A stretch of 63,220 nucleotides of DNA, counting the filler, from Welwitschia mirabilis (lineage: Eukaryota): NCBI GenBank assembly GCA_051453625.1. It is 3 parts of one record of this genome, joined end to end, with 100 filler letters (N's around TTAATTAATTAA, not from the genome) between each part and the next. Parts side by side here need not be neighbours in the genome. Positions count along the whole stretch, not along the records: positions 1 to 16,922 come from JBOZIK010000001.1; positions 17,023 to 35,819 come from JBOZIK010000001.1; 1 more part is not named here. One strand, given 5' to 3'. The notes under the pieces were generated by a model. The model did not search any database. It saw nothing but the letters and a program-made list of their open reading frames with translations, and was not told the DNA's origin. The translations under genes and the position numbers were made by a program. Shown here piece by piece: positions 14,068 through 25,600 of this stretch; the first letter of the stretch is position 1, and each line of letters begins with the position of its first letter.

Positions 14068-15099
14068 CGTCCCCTCAGGCATAGGACCACGGTGTATATA
14101 CAAACCTTAGCAACCATGTTCTTACTTTTTAAGATGATTACCTTGAGAATCTCATTTTTATAAACCCCATCAAAGTAAAATCTTTTAAATTAGTAACAAG
14201 TTGTTTTGGAGGATTTGAAAAATGCTAGAGTGTACTCATTGAAGCATGATGCTTCAAATCTAAATAATCCTATTGAATCTAAGCTAAAATTTAAGTATTG
14301 GAATCATTAATAGGGGATAAAGAAGAATAAAACGAAATCTTGAATTAGATGCTTTATATAAACCCCTTTTTTTTTTAACTTTTGCGTTTCTTGTTTTGTC
14401 TTTAAAATTGAGTTAAGTATTAACAATACGAACCTCACTGATACTAATGTAAGAATTTGAAAGAGTGAAATACTCCACAAGTTAAAAGAAGGTTGTATCG
14501 CTAGCCTTTAATGTGAGAATTTTCTTTCAAGTTGTTAGATTTATCTCAATAAAAAAATATAGATTTAAAATGCACTATTGGTGAAGAAAGGTGAGGGATA
14601 TAGCCCAAAACTTGAAGGAAGATATACCACGAGAAGAAGTTTTGCAAATCTCTATAAAATAAATCATTAGCGAAATAAAATCATAAGAAATATTGTCTCT
14701 AAAGAGACATCATAATGGTGAGACAATGCTTTCATGTCTTTGTGGTTGTGAGTTTGATTTTCGAAAAAGCCTTCAAAAAAGGGAAAAAAAATTCACAAGA
14801 AATTTTTACATTACTATTTTTTAATCCAGCTGATGAAATGTTTTTAGTGTTAGAATTAGCAGATGAAACTTAATTTTCTATATTTATTAAAAAATCTTTT
14901 CTTCAACCGTATTGCAATTCCACTCCTTTTGAAGTTAAACACACAAGTTAGACTTTTACTTCAAAGTAATAATAAGGTTTATTTTGAAATTATTTTTATT
15001 GTTATATTGCAATTTCTCTCAAGTAAATCCAAAGGCTTTGAAAGAGGAACCAACTTTTAGAAAGAAAATTTAACCTCTTCACTAGACAAGTAATAAGTT

Positions 15100-15963
15100 G
15101 GTACACGATTAAGACAGCGCTAAGTGCAAAATCCGTGGTACAGCTAAAGTTATGTTTTCAAATGCGGAATTAAAGAATTTTATTACGTGGATTCCACATT
15201 CATAAAGAAACGAGGAGGGCACGCAGAGCACCCACTGACAGGCGAATGCGCAGGTGCGAAGGAAGGAGACATCGACAGAGGCAGGGCGGCGAAATGGAGG
15301 GCGGCAAATCAGCGTGAGATCACAAAGGATGCGAATAGCATAGCAGAATTCAGAATCTAGAGAAAAGCAAAGAAAAATAGCGAGAACAATGGCATCCGAC
15401 ATTCCAACCTTAAAATATGGAGAAAACTATGAAGTGCCCCAGATCACAGATCATTTCAAGATTCAAGTCACACTCCGAGAAGAAAGATCACACAAGTCTC
15501 GGAAAAAATACAAGCACGGTATGCGGAATCTCCACATGCCCGTTTTTAGCGGTTTTTAAGAAATGTTTCTGAGTGCTTTTAGGGCTTTTCTTTTGCTTTG
15601 TATCTATCGCTTCCTTTTCTCAGCCTGCTAATTTCTGTTTATTTACTGACATCGCCACGCCGTGCCACGAGCTTCGATCTGTCCTTTCTCACCGTTACTT
15701 GTCTCCTTTTGTTCGTCAAAATCCTAATCTATTGCGGTTTCTGCTTTGCTTGAACATGAGTGGCGGAAAAGACTCCAGATATTTCAAAAGCCTAATGCTA
15801 TGCGATATCCTGTTTCCAAATACTTATTACGGAAAAATTCTTAACCCTAATGCTTTTATATTTCCGCTTTTTTTTAATACAAATCGCCGAGAATCCCTCT
15901 CTGGTCCTTTAAAGAAGCTCGCTGTGATCTGCAAAATCAAGGCGCTTCTTCTGCCGGGACGAT
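15100..15963 (+). promoter_or_regulatory. CpG-retaining promoter / first 5'-UTR exon region of the SMT2 gene
   Basis: Abrupt switch to CpG-rich, non-TE-like sequence upstream of the CDS, with GCCACG motifs at about 15654-15670 and AT-rich TATA-like tracts at about 15855 and 15908. The TSS cannot be determined. Confidence 0.55.
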
Positions 15964-16138
15964 GTGAGTCCGAACGTGATTCCTCACAGCATATTCTGTC
16001 CACGCCATTGGACGGAATATTCGAAGGACGTCTTTAGTGCCAGATAAGAGCATCCTCCTATATTACAAATGGAAGCGCTTTCCTAACTTTTTGTGCTAAG
16101 TATTTGCTTGGCTTGTTCTTGAGATTTCGTTGCGTCAG
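15964..16138 (+). other. Predicted 175-nt 5'-UTR intron of SMT2
   Basis: Canonical donor GTGAGT at 15964-15969, branch-like CTAAC at about 16083, a T-rich tract, and acceptor CAG at 16136-16138. Confidence 0.55.
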
Positions 16139-16201
16139 GTCTGTTTTAGAAATTTGGGAAAGTTGGAAAGAGGAATCCGGCAGACCAGATCTGTTGTTGT
16201 A

Positions 16202-16922
16202 ATGGAAAGCTGGGCGTTGATTGGGACGGCATTGGCCGCAGGCATAGGCCTGTATTGGATTCTCTATGTGCTAGGTGCGGCCGAGCAGAGAGGGAAGCAT
16301 GCTGTTGAACTTGGAGGAGGATCCATATCGAGGAATCAGGTTGCAGACAAATATAAGCAGTACTGGGCCTTTTTTCAGCGTCCTAAGGAGATCCACAGAG
16401 AGGTTGGAAAGGTCGATAATGTGCCCAAACTTGTTGACACTTTTTACAACCTTGTTACTGATATCTACGAATGGGGATGGGGCCAAAGCTTCCACTTTTC
16501 ACCTGCTGTGCCTGGTAAATCCCACCGAGATTCGACTCGGTTGCACGAGGAACGAGTAGCGGATCTGTTGAAAATCAAACCGGGTGATCGTGTGTTGGAC
16601 GCTGGCTGTGGTGTTGGAGGGCCAATGCGCGCCATTGCCAAGTATTCTGGTGCACATGTGTTGGGAATTACCATCAATGATTACCAGGTCGAAAGGGGTC
16701 GGAGCCACAACAAAAAGGCCGGCTTGGACAATCTCTGTGAAGTAGTCTGTGGAAACTTTCTGAAGATGCCCTTTGAGAATGATTCCTTCGATGGCGCCTA
16801 TTCAATCGAGGCGACCTGCCATGCCCCCCAGCTTCACGAGGTCTATCGCGAGATTTTCAGGGTTCTGAAACGTGGATGCCTCTATGTGACCTATGAATGG
16901 GTCACTACTCCCCTATATAAGG
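16202..16922 (+). CDS. SMT2: 24-methylenesterol C-methyltransferase (sterol methyltransferase 2 class), 3'-truncated by an assembly gap
   Basis: Uninterrupted ORF of 240 codons (MESWALIG...): N-terminal hydrophobic anchor, sterol-binding motif YEWGWGQSFHF, SAM motif VLDAGCGVGGP, YSIEATCHAP, and EIFRVLKRG..YEW. The intronless CDS and TM anchor fit SMT2/3 rather than SMT1. The C-terminal part is lost in the Ns. Confidence 0.95.
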
Positions 16923-17022
16923 NNNNNNNNNNNNNNNNNNNNNNNNNNNNNNNNNNNNNNNNNNNNTTAATTAATTAANNNNNNNNNNNNNNNNNNNNNN
17001 NNNNNNNNNNNNNNNNNNNNNN
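16923..17022. other. Artificial scaffold linker (44 N + TTAATTAATTAA + 44 N)
   Basis: A 12-mer with stops in all six frames at 16967-16978, centred in exactly 100 positions. An identical construct lies at 35820-35919. Confidence 0.95.
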
Positions 17023-19686
17023 TCTAATGGCATAGATGTAGAAGCTTGCATTTTTCTTTTATGAGAGGTCCTAATTTGTTTTCCATTTTAGCAAGCATCA
17101 CACAACCCTTTCTTTTCTATGTTTATCTTAGGAATTTATTTTACTATGTTCTTATGAATAATTATTTTCAATTGATCATAATTAACATGATCTAAATGTT
17201 TATGCCATAACTCATCCTGAGGAACATTCGAAAAATAACATGGATAAAATGATTGATCTATGATATAAACATTATCTATTCTAATAGCTCTAAGAATAAC
17301 ATCATNNNNNNNNNNNNNNNNNNNNNNNNNNNNNNNNNNATCAAATACTACTTTATAATCTTTATCACATATTTGACTAGTACTCAATAAATTATGCTTT
17401 AAACCACTTACATACAAAAATTTATTAATTCTAGGAATGTTACCTCCACCAACCTTCCAATTTCTTCTATTTTTGCTCTTCCATTATCCCCGAAAGTTAC
17501 TTCTCCTTCATAAAAGTAGCTTAGATGTTTAAATATGGATTTGTCTCCTATCATCTGTCTTGAACATCCACTGTCAAGATACTAGCTTATGCTATTTGAA
17601 ACTTTGAAAGTTGTCTGAATTAATAAACTTTTAAGATCATTAACTTTTATCCACATAGTCTTTTTAGACTTAAGTGGTATAGGTCCTTTAGAAATAAACT
17701 TAAATGAAAAGGAAGTAACTAAGTTTGAAAATAACATTAACCTTCTAGCATTGCATATAAGTTTTGAATGGTCTATTCTTCCACAAAAATGATAAGTGAC
17801 TTTCAAAAAGAACTCACCATCACTGGTTACCTCATTTTTCTATTTGTGAGGTTTTTGAGAGATGAAGCCAATACCTGATTTACTGCCAACATGTTTCTAA
17901 GTTCTAAGAATTTGTTCCAATTTAGTAGATTCATCTAAAAATTTATTAACAAAATAAGATTATTCTTTTACCTGCAAAGTGAGATCGGAGTTTTTGGATT
18001 TGAATATTTTGAGACTTGATTCGATTTCCTCATTTTTCTTGTAAAGGAACTTTAACCTTGTTCAGGTCATTTATCCTTCTAGCTAACTTCTCACATTCTT
18101 GATATAACTCTTGACAAGTATCTTTCAAATCTTCTTGTTCTTCATTTCTCATACCATGGGCATCATTATCTAGTGTGTTTGGTATATCCTGTAATGGAGG
18201 CATAAGTGCCATAAAAGAGAATATTCTTTTTGTGTTGTATTGTCGAAAATTTCTTTTATTTCTTTCACTTGATTCCTTTGAGTTTCCACTAGCTATAGTT
18301 TATTTGAAAAAATAACCATGTGTTGTCTAATATATATAGATAANNNNNNNNNNNNNNNNNNNNNNNNNNNNNNNNNNNNNNNNNNNNNNNNNNNNNNNNN
18401 NNNNNNNNNNNNNNNNNNNNNNNNNNNNNNNNNNNNNNNNNNNNNNNNNNNNNNNNNNNNNNNNNNNNNNNNNNNNNNNNNNNNNNNNNNNNNNNNNNNN
18501 NNNNNNNNNNNNNNNNNNNNNNNNNNNNNNNNNNNNNNNTCTAAATGCAACTTGCATACATTAAATAAATTATTCTAGGAAGTGCACAATATGATAAAAT
18601 ACTAAAAGTAAAGAATCAACAACCAAAATCATAAACTATCACTTTGAAGCAAGTCAGATTTATAGTGGTTCGAAAAACCCCCTAATCCACTCTCAACGAT
18701 CAACTTCTCCATAGCTAGATCTTGGATCTCTGTTACTCTGATAGGTATTCTAAGTTTATCTATAACCTTTACAAATGGATTTTTCCAAGCTAAGTCTCAA
18801 ACTTTAAAATGGACTTTTTAAGGCTTAGTCTTAACCTTTAGTAAATAGGGTAGTGATGTAGTGATGCCTTAAAAGCACAGATATCACTTGTTCTGAAGTT
18901 AGTACAATAGATCAAGCTCTGCTCCTGTAGAAAAATAATCAATGAAGCTCTAGGTCTGACTATGAATGAAACAAGTATGCCAATGTTAGATCTCCTCTAG
19001 TCAAAAATGTATATGCCAAGATTCAATAATGATAGCAACACAAATACACAGCTTGATCTTTTAGATCTAATATATTTATCCAAATAAAAGTGATTCCTAA
19101 AAGATTGATTAGTCATCTATGGCTTAGCTATTTATATTGGAATGCTATTAATTTTTAGTACATTTAAATTATGCCTTCAATGATTATAAATAGCTAGAAA
19201 ATAGTTGCCTAATGGCTAGATAATGAATACATAATGTTTAGAAAAATTTCTTTTCTGCTTCATTTAGTTAACCCCATAAAAATTCGATCGACCCCATGGA
19301 GTACCGTGAGTTACATAGGTTGCCTAAGAGAGAGTTTAGGTTGCCCCATATTTTTACATCTTCCTATCTGGTTGATCCCATCTAGATTCAGTCAATCCCA
19401 ATTTGGTCGATTCCATCATGGATCCGGTTGACTGCTTGTCTCTTAGTCTAGGAATATTGTTTGTTAGGTCCTCAAATCCATTTTCCTTTGAAATCTTCAG
19501 GTGCGGTCAACTCCATAAGGATCCGATAGGGCCCTTTGGAAGGTGAATGAATAAATAGGTTTCTGATGCACATTTTAGTTCCATCTTTAAACCTGCAAAA
19601 ACCTTAAACTCTTCTGCATAAAATATACAAAATTTTCTATATAAAATATATTAGTTTGACATCAATTGGAAAAACATAATCCAACA
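17023..19686 (-). mobile_element. Sirevirus-like Ty1/copia fragment: 5' LTR (about 18540-19686), gag C-terminus, protease, GAG-pre-integrase
   Basis: The minus strand gives (W>*)YLDSGCSRQMIGD at about 17545-17585, YVSGLKHNLLSTSQICD and ELWHKHLDHVN (ORF 17136-17417). The LTR starts TGTTGGATT at 19686 and is homologous to the LTR at 54761-55911. Confidence 0.85.
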
Positions 19687-22600
19687 AATTCATGATTAAT
19701 ACAAGAACTCTTTTTACTTCTATTATGTAAACCTCCCTTATGATTTAAGTTGATTATAATTCCATGATAGATTCATAGTTTATCTAGATCATAAGGGCAA
19801 CCTTTGATAAGGTTGACATTATTAGTTTAGATCTTGCATTAGATTTATTTCATATTACATTTCCATCATTGCACATCCTATTTGATGTATCTTATAGATT
19901 ATGCTAATTAGTGATAAGTGATAGCTCTTCATAATTAATTTAAAATATAAGGATTGATTCTTGTGGCAAAATGATTTGTAGTCAAATAGATTCATTGCTT
20001 AGATTTATTGAATTTTCGTTTCATTCAAAAGTCTTTCATCATTATCTATCTTGCATTATGTTTACATTATTTATTATTTCACTTACTTAAAGAAAAATGC
20101 TAAAAATACTTTATTAAAATTAATTCTTTAACTTCTAGCTTGGTGCCTTAAATGGATTATGACATTTGATTTAACTATTGTCTATACTAGTATGTATTTT
20201 TTTAATAAGTACTTATGATTTACAAGATCTACTTAAGGACTTTATGATTGCACAAATTCACATTGCAACATTTTGGCACTATTTTCAGGAAAGGTTACAA
20301 GGAGATGAAGGATTATTATGATTCAAATAACTATCTTAGATTTTAATTTAAGTTATCTATTTGAAATAGTGCTATATTTTCTTTTAGATTCTATAGGTTT
20401 ATTTTTCTATATTTTTTCATTTTAGTAGTGTTAATAAGCCCTATAGTCCTCTCTTTCATCTAGACAACTAGGTGGATAGTGGTCTACCTTTTACATCTTT
20501 TTCTAATTTTGGTAATAATTGTTTTTGTTTTTAGTAGAACAATAAAGATAAATCATACCCTTTGTCATCCAAATAACTAGGCATATGATTGTCAATAGTT
20601 TTGCTTTAGTTTCTGTTTTCTTGTTCAAAGTCTTATTTTTCTATTTTCTAGAACATATATCTATTGGTCATCTTCTAGATTATTTAGATAACCTATAGGA
20701 TGACAACCATTATGTTTTCTATTTGAGTATGCAGAGACATGATAAATTCTAGTAAAAAGATGAAATATTACAGAGAGTGAAATATGATTAAAGAAAAAAT
20801 CAGAGAAGATTTATTTAACTTTGAGCAAAATCCAAATATGCACATGCTAATTATGCAAATTTTAAGAGTCAAGAAGAATAGTTTTCTGCTTTTATTATTT
20901 TAGAGTTAAAATTCTTAAAAGAAAATTATAAAAACAATAGCGTATAAGCAGCTCGTTTTATTTCTTTTTCATCTGTCAAAATCATTATAAAAATAAAAAT
21001 AAATAAGCTTTTCTAACACACTAGTCATGATAAGAAATTTTACTTTAAATTTAAATTATATGTTTAGAGATTTAATTACTAATAAGAAATATTAAATTTA
21101 AAATCCNNNNNNNNNNTTTTTAACATCTAGACATTGAACAACTTTTTCTTACCTTAGGAAATGAAAAGAAATGTATTAGTGATCCTACTTACATGATTAT
21201 CCTTCTTATCATACTTAGAGAAAAAGCTAAACTATGTCTTAAAGCTATTTCACATAATAGTTTTAAATCATGGAGTTAAGTACTTTAAGTTTTTATTAAA
21301 ATATTTTTAAGTGAAAGTACCATGATAAAAAGAAGGAAGGAGGTTATCAACTTTTAGCAACAACCTTAAGAAGATTATGCCACAACATATGAGCAATTTA
21401 TCATAGCTATTCATTCCAATCTTATTAATAAATTTCATAAAGAAGATTTGATAGATTATTTTTATAGTAGATTAACTAGTCGAACTAAATAACTTACAGA
21501 CTTTTTTTGTGGTGGCAACTTGATGAACTTTACCTTAAATGATTCATAAAAGGTGTTGGAATATTTAATTGAAATAAGTTAAACTTGACCAATCCAACCT
21601 CTAAAGAAAATCATATCNNNNNNNNNNNNNNNNNNNNNNNNNNNNNNNNNNNNNNNNNNNNNNNNNNNNNNNNNNNNNNNNNNNNNNNNNNNNNNNNNNN
21701 NNNNNNNNNNNNNNNNNAATCTTATTAATAACTTTTCTACAGAAGAGTTGATAGATTATCTTTATAGTAGATTAACTAGTCAAACTAAATAACTTACAGA
21801 CTTTTTTTTGTGATGGCAACTTGATGAACTTGACCTTAGATGATTCATAAAAGGTGTTGGAATATTTAATTGAAATAAGTTAAAGTTGACCAAATCCAAC
21901 CTCTAAATAAAATCATATCATAGGCTAAATCATAAAAGACTTAAAGGAAGTAAAACATGATAACGAGGAAGAGAAAAGTGATTCAACAAATATGATTAAA
22001 GATTTCACTACCACTGTGAATAAGTACACTCAAATGGTAGTTAATGAAAAGGTAGTAAAAGAGGGAAACATAACTTCAACATGTAATATNNNNNNNNNNN
22101 NNNNNNNNNNNNNNNNNNNNNNNNNNNNNNNNNNNNNNNNNNNNNNNNNNNNNNNNNNNNNNNNNNNNNNNNNNNNNNNNNNNNNNNNNAAAAGGTATTA
22201 AAAGAGGGAAACATAACTACAACATGTAATATAAATGAAGACAACTCTTATCCAACTAAAGCATGCCACTTGTTACTAACTTTTAAAGAAAGGATGTTTG
22301 AGGAAGTGTGTGCATTTAATCAAAGGCCCTTCAACTTTAAAAGTTAATCACAATTTCAACAAATCCTGAGTGAATAATTAAATTGAAAACCTTTTAAAAA
22401 TAGATTTAGAAATTTAAACTTGTAATCAAATACCTCCAATTTTTAACAAAGAAGCTCAAATATTTAATAAATTAGAATGATTCACTTAGAGATTCAATAA
22501 AATAATTGAAAAAGATTCAAGGAAAAACTAATAATGATATTAAAAACTTAGTGAATGTCTTTAACCAATAATGCTAGCCAATCAACAACCACAAGCGTCT

Positions 22601-25600
22601 CTTGTGTCTCAACGTTTATCTAACATAAATGAAGTTAAGGAATATTTGAAAGTAGTAACTAGAAATGAAAATAATATAATACCTCCTATTCATAAGGTTT
22701 CAACTTTAAAAATTAATAAGAAAGACAAGATAAAAAAATAATGTAGAAATTTTATACATATAAAACTTCCCTTAAATCTTAAGTAATAAGCCTATCATGA
22801 AAAATTCTTCACAAAAAAACAAAGGGAAGAAACCATCTACTTCTTGGCTTGATAAGTTAAACACAAATCTTACTTATGATGAATACTTGAAAGCCTTGAT
22901 GCAAGAGGGACATATTAACTTACCTTTTTGGAAACTAATACAACAAAATCCTAAGTATGTTAACTTATGGAATAGCCTAGTTAGAAGAAAACAAAAATAT
23001 AACATTCCTATTTAGATCTTCCTCGCTTAATCTATCTCTAACTTAGTTATGAGAAAATGTCCTAAATTTAAAGACCCCAGAATAGCAACAGTGAGTGTTA
23101 CTTTAGAAGAAAACAAGAGAATTAGAAAATCCTTGATTGATATAGGAGCAAGTGTAAACATCATGCCTTTTTCCATATGTTAAATACTTAGGTTAGAAAA
23201 TAGAATGGGACCTATATGAATTATCTTAGAATTAGCTGATACTTCAATCAAGAAATCCTTAGGGCTCATCAAATACCTAGTTATCTAAATAAAAGAAGTC
23301 TTCTNNNNNNNNNNNNNNNNNTGTTATCCACTACTCTTTGGAAGAGCCTTTTGTATAGCTGCCTACTATATCATTGACACATGAATCAGAATTAGAAATA
23401 TTACATAAGCAATAAAAAATTCACCATTAGAGTTTTTAATGCTATTAAAATAGAAATAAGAGAAGAGTGATACTTAAAAGAAGAATTTAAACCAACTTTA
23501 TTTTTACAACATTGTTCAGTTGAGGAGATATTAACAACGTTACATGAATCTACCTTATATGATGACCCAACAGAAATACACTGTCTCAATCATAAGGACA
23601 AGGAACTTCAAACTGGGAAAATGTTTCAACATATGAATTTAATGGAAATCCTTTTTAAGGGATCTCATCCACTTAGGTCATCTGGATGATAGTTTGGGAT
23701 AATAGTCAATGNNNNNNNNNNNNNNNNNNNNNNNNNNNNNNNNNNNNNNNNNNNNNNNNNNNNNNNNNNNNNNNNNNNNNNNNNNNNNNNNNNNNNNNNN
23801 NNNNNNNNNNNNNNNNNNNNNNNNNNNNNNNNNNNNNNNNNNNNNNNNNNNNNNNNNNNNNNNNNNNNNNNNNNNNNNNNNNNNNNNNNNNNNNNNNNNN
23901 NNNNNNNNNNNNNNNNNNNNNNNNNNNNNNNNNNNNNNNNNNNNNNNNNNNNNNNNNNNNNNNNNNNNNNNNNNNNNNNNNNNNNNNNNNNNNNNNNNNN
24001 NNNNNNNNNNNNNNNNNNNNNNNNNNNNNNNNNNNNNNNNNNNNNNNNNNNNNNNNNNNNNNNNNNNNNNNNNNNNNNNNNNNNNNNNNNNNNNNNNNNN
24101 NNNNNNNNNNNNNNNNNNNNNNNNNNNNNNNNNNNNNNNNNNNNNNNNNNNNNNNNNNNNNNNNNNNNNNNNNNNNNNNNNNNNNNNNNNNNNNNNNNNN
24201 NNNNNNNNNNNNNNNNNNNNNNNNNNNNNNNNNNNNNNNNNNNNNNNNNNNNNNNNNNNNNNNNNNNNNNNNNNNNNNNNNNNNNNNNNNNNNNNNNNNN
24301 NNNNNNNNNNNNNNNNNNNNNNNNNNNNNNNNNNNNNNNNNNNNNNNNNNNNNNNNNNTGTTACTTTTAACTTCTAAGGAAAATGCTTTTGCCTAGATCC
24401 ATAAGGATTTAGCTGCCATTCCTCCTTTTGAAGTTAACACAAAATCTACCTTGAAGATAATGCTAAACTAATTAGACAACTTCAATAAAGGCTTAACCTA
24501 GTCCTTAAGCAAATAGTTAAAGATAAAATTATTAAACTTATCAATGCTAGCATTATTTGTGCTATATCTGATAGTGGGTGGGTCAATTTCTTAATGGTAT
24601 TTTCTAAAAAGGATGAAAAATTGAGAATGTGCANNNNNNNNNNNNNNNNNNNNNNNNNNNNNNNNNNNNNNNNNNNNNNNNNNNNNNNNNNNNNNNNNNN
24701 NNNNNNNNNNNNNNNNNNNNNNNNNNNNNNNNNTTATCAATGCTAGCATTATTTGTGCTATATCTGATAGTGGGTGGGTAAATTTCTTAATGGTATTTTC
24801 TAAAAAGGATGAAAAATTGAGAATGTGCATTAACTTTAGAAACCTTAATGAGGTCACTAAAAAGGATCATTTTTCTTTACCCTTTCTTGATCAAGTGCTT
24901 GATAGAATCTAAGGACATGCCTACTACTATTTTCTTAATGGGTATAGTGGTTATAATTAAGTTTACATAGCTAGTACGGACCAAGTAAAAAAAAAGTCTT
25001 TACTTCNNNNNNNNNNNNNNNNNNNNNNNNNNNNNNNNNNNNNNNNNNNNNNNNNNNNNNNNNNNNNNNNNNNNNNNNNNNNNNNNNNNNNNNNNNNNNN
25101 NNNNNNNNNNNNNNNNNNNNNNNNNNNNNNNNNNNNNNNNNNNNNNNNNNNNNNNNNNNNNNNNNNNNNNNNNNNNNNNNNNNNNNNNNNNNNNNNNNNN
25201 NNNNNNNNNNNNNNNNNNNNNNNNNNNNNNNNNNNNNNNNNNNNNNNNNNNNNNNNNNNNNNNNNNNNNNNNNNNNNNNNNNNNNNNNNNNNNNNNNNNN
25301 NNNNNNNNNNNNNNNNNNNNNNNNNNNNNNNNNNNNNNNNNNNNNNNNNNNNNNNNNNNNNNNNNNNNNNNNNNNNNNNNNNNNNNNNNNNNNNNNNNNN
25401 NNNNNNNNNNNNNNNNNNNNNNNNNNNNNNNNNNNNNNNNNNNNNNNNNNNNNNNNNNNNNNNNTTAGAATGACTTATGTTAGCTTGATTTTAAAACACT
25501 TAAATATAAAATTTCTTCTAAACCTATTGTAATGCGTCCTAATTGGACTAAAGATTTTGAACTTATATTTAACACTAGCAACATTACTATGGATTGGGTT

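Noticed and set aside
15109..16037. ORFs 15109-15402 (-) and 15573-16037 (+) as genes
   Set aside because: No recognisable motifs. They lie in the SMT2 promoter/UTR, and the second has a non-ATG start.
16130..16201. N-terminal extension of SMT2 from the TTG start in the ORF track
   Set aside because: Non-ATG start lying in the predicted intron/UTR; SMT2-like sequence begins at Met 16202.
16271..16708. Small alternative-frame and antisense ORFs within SMT2
   Set aside because: Shadow ORFs of a real CDS.
16967..16978. TTAATTAATTAA islands within N runs (also 35864-35875) as a biological motif
   Set aside because: Identical 44+12+44 geometry and stops in all six frames mark it as an assembly linker.
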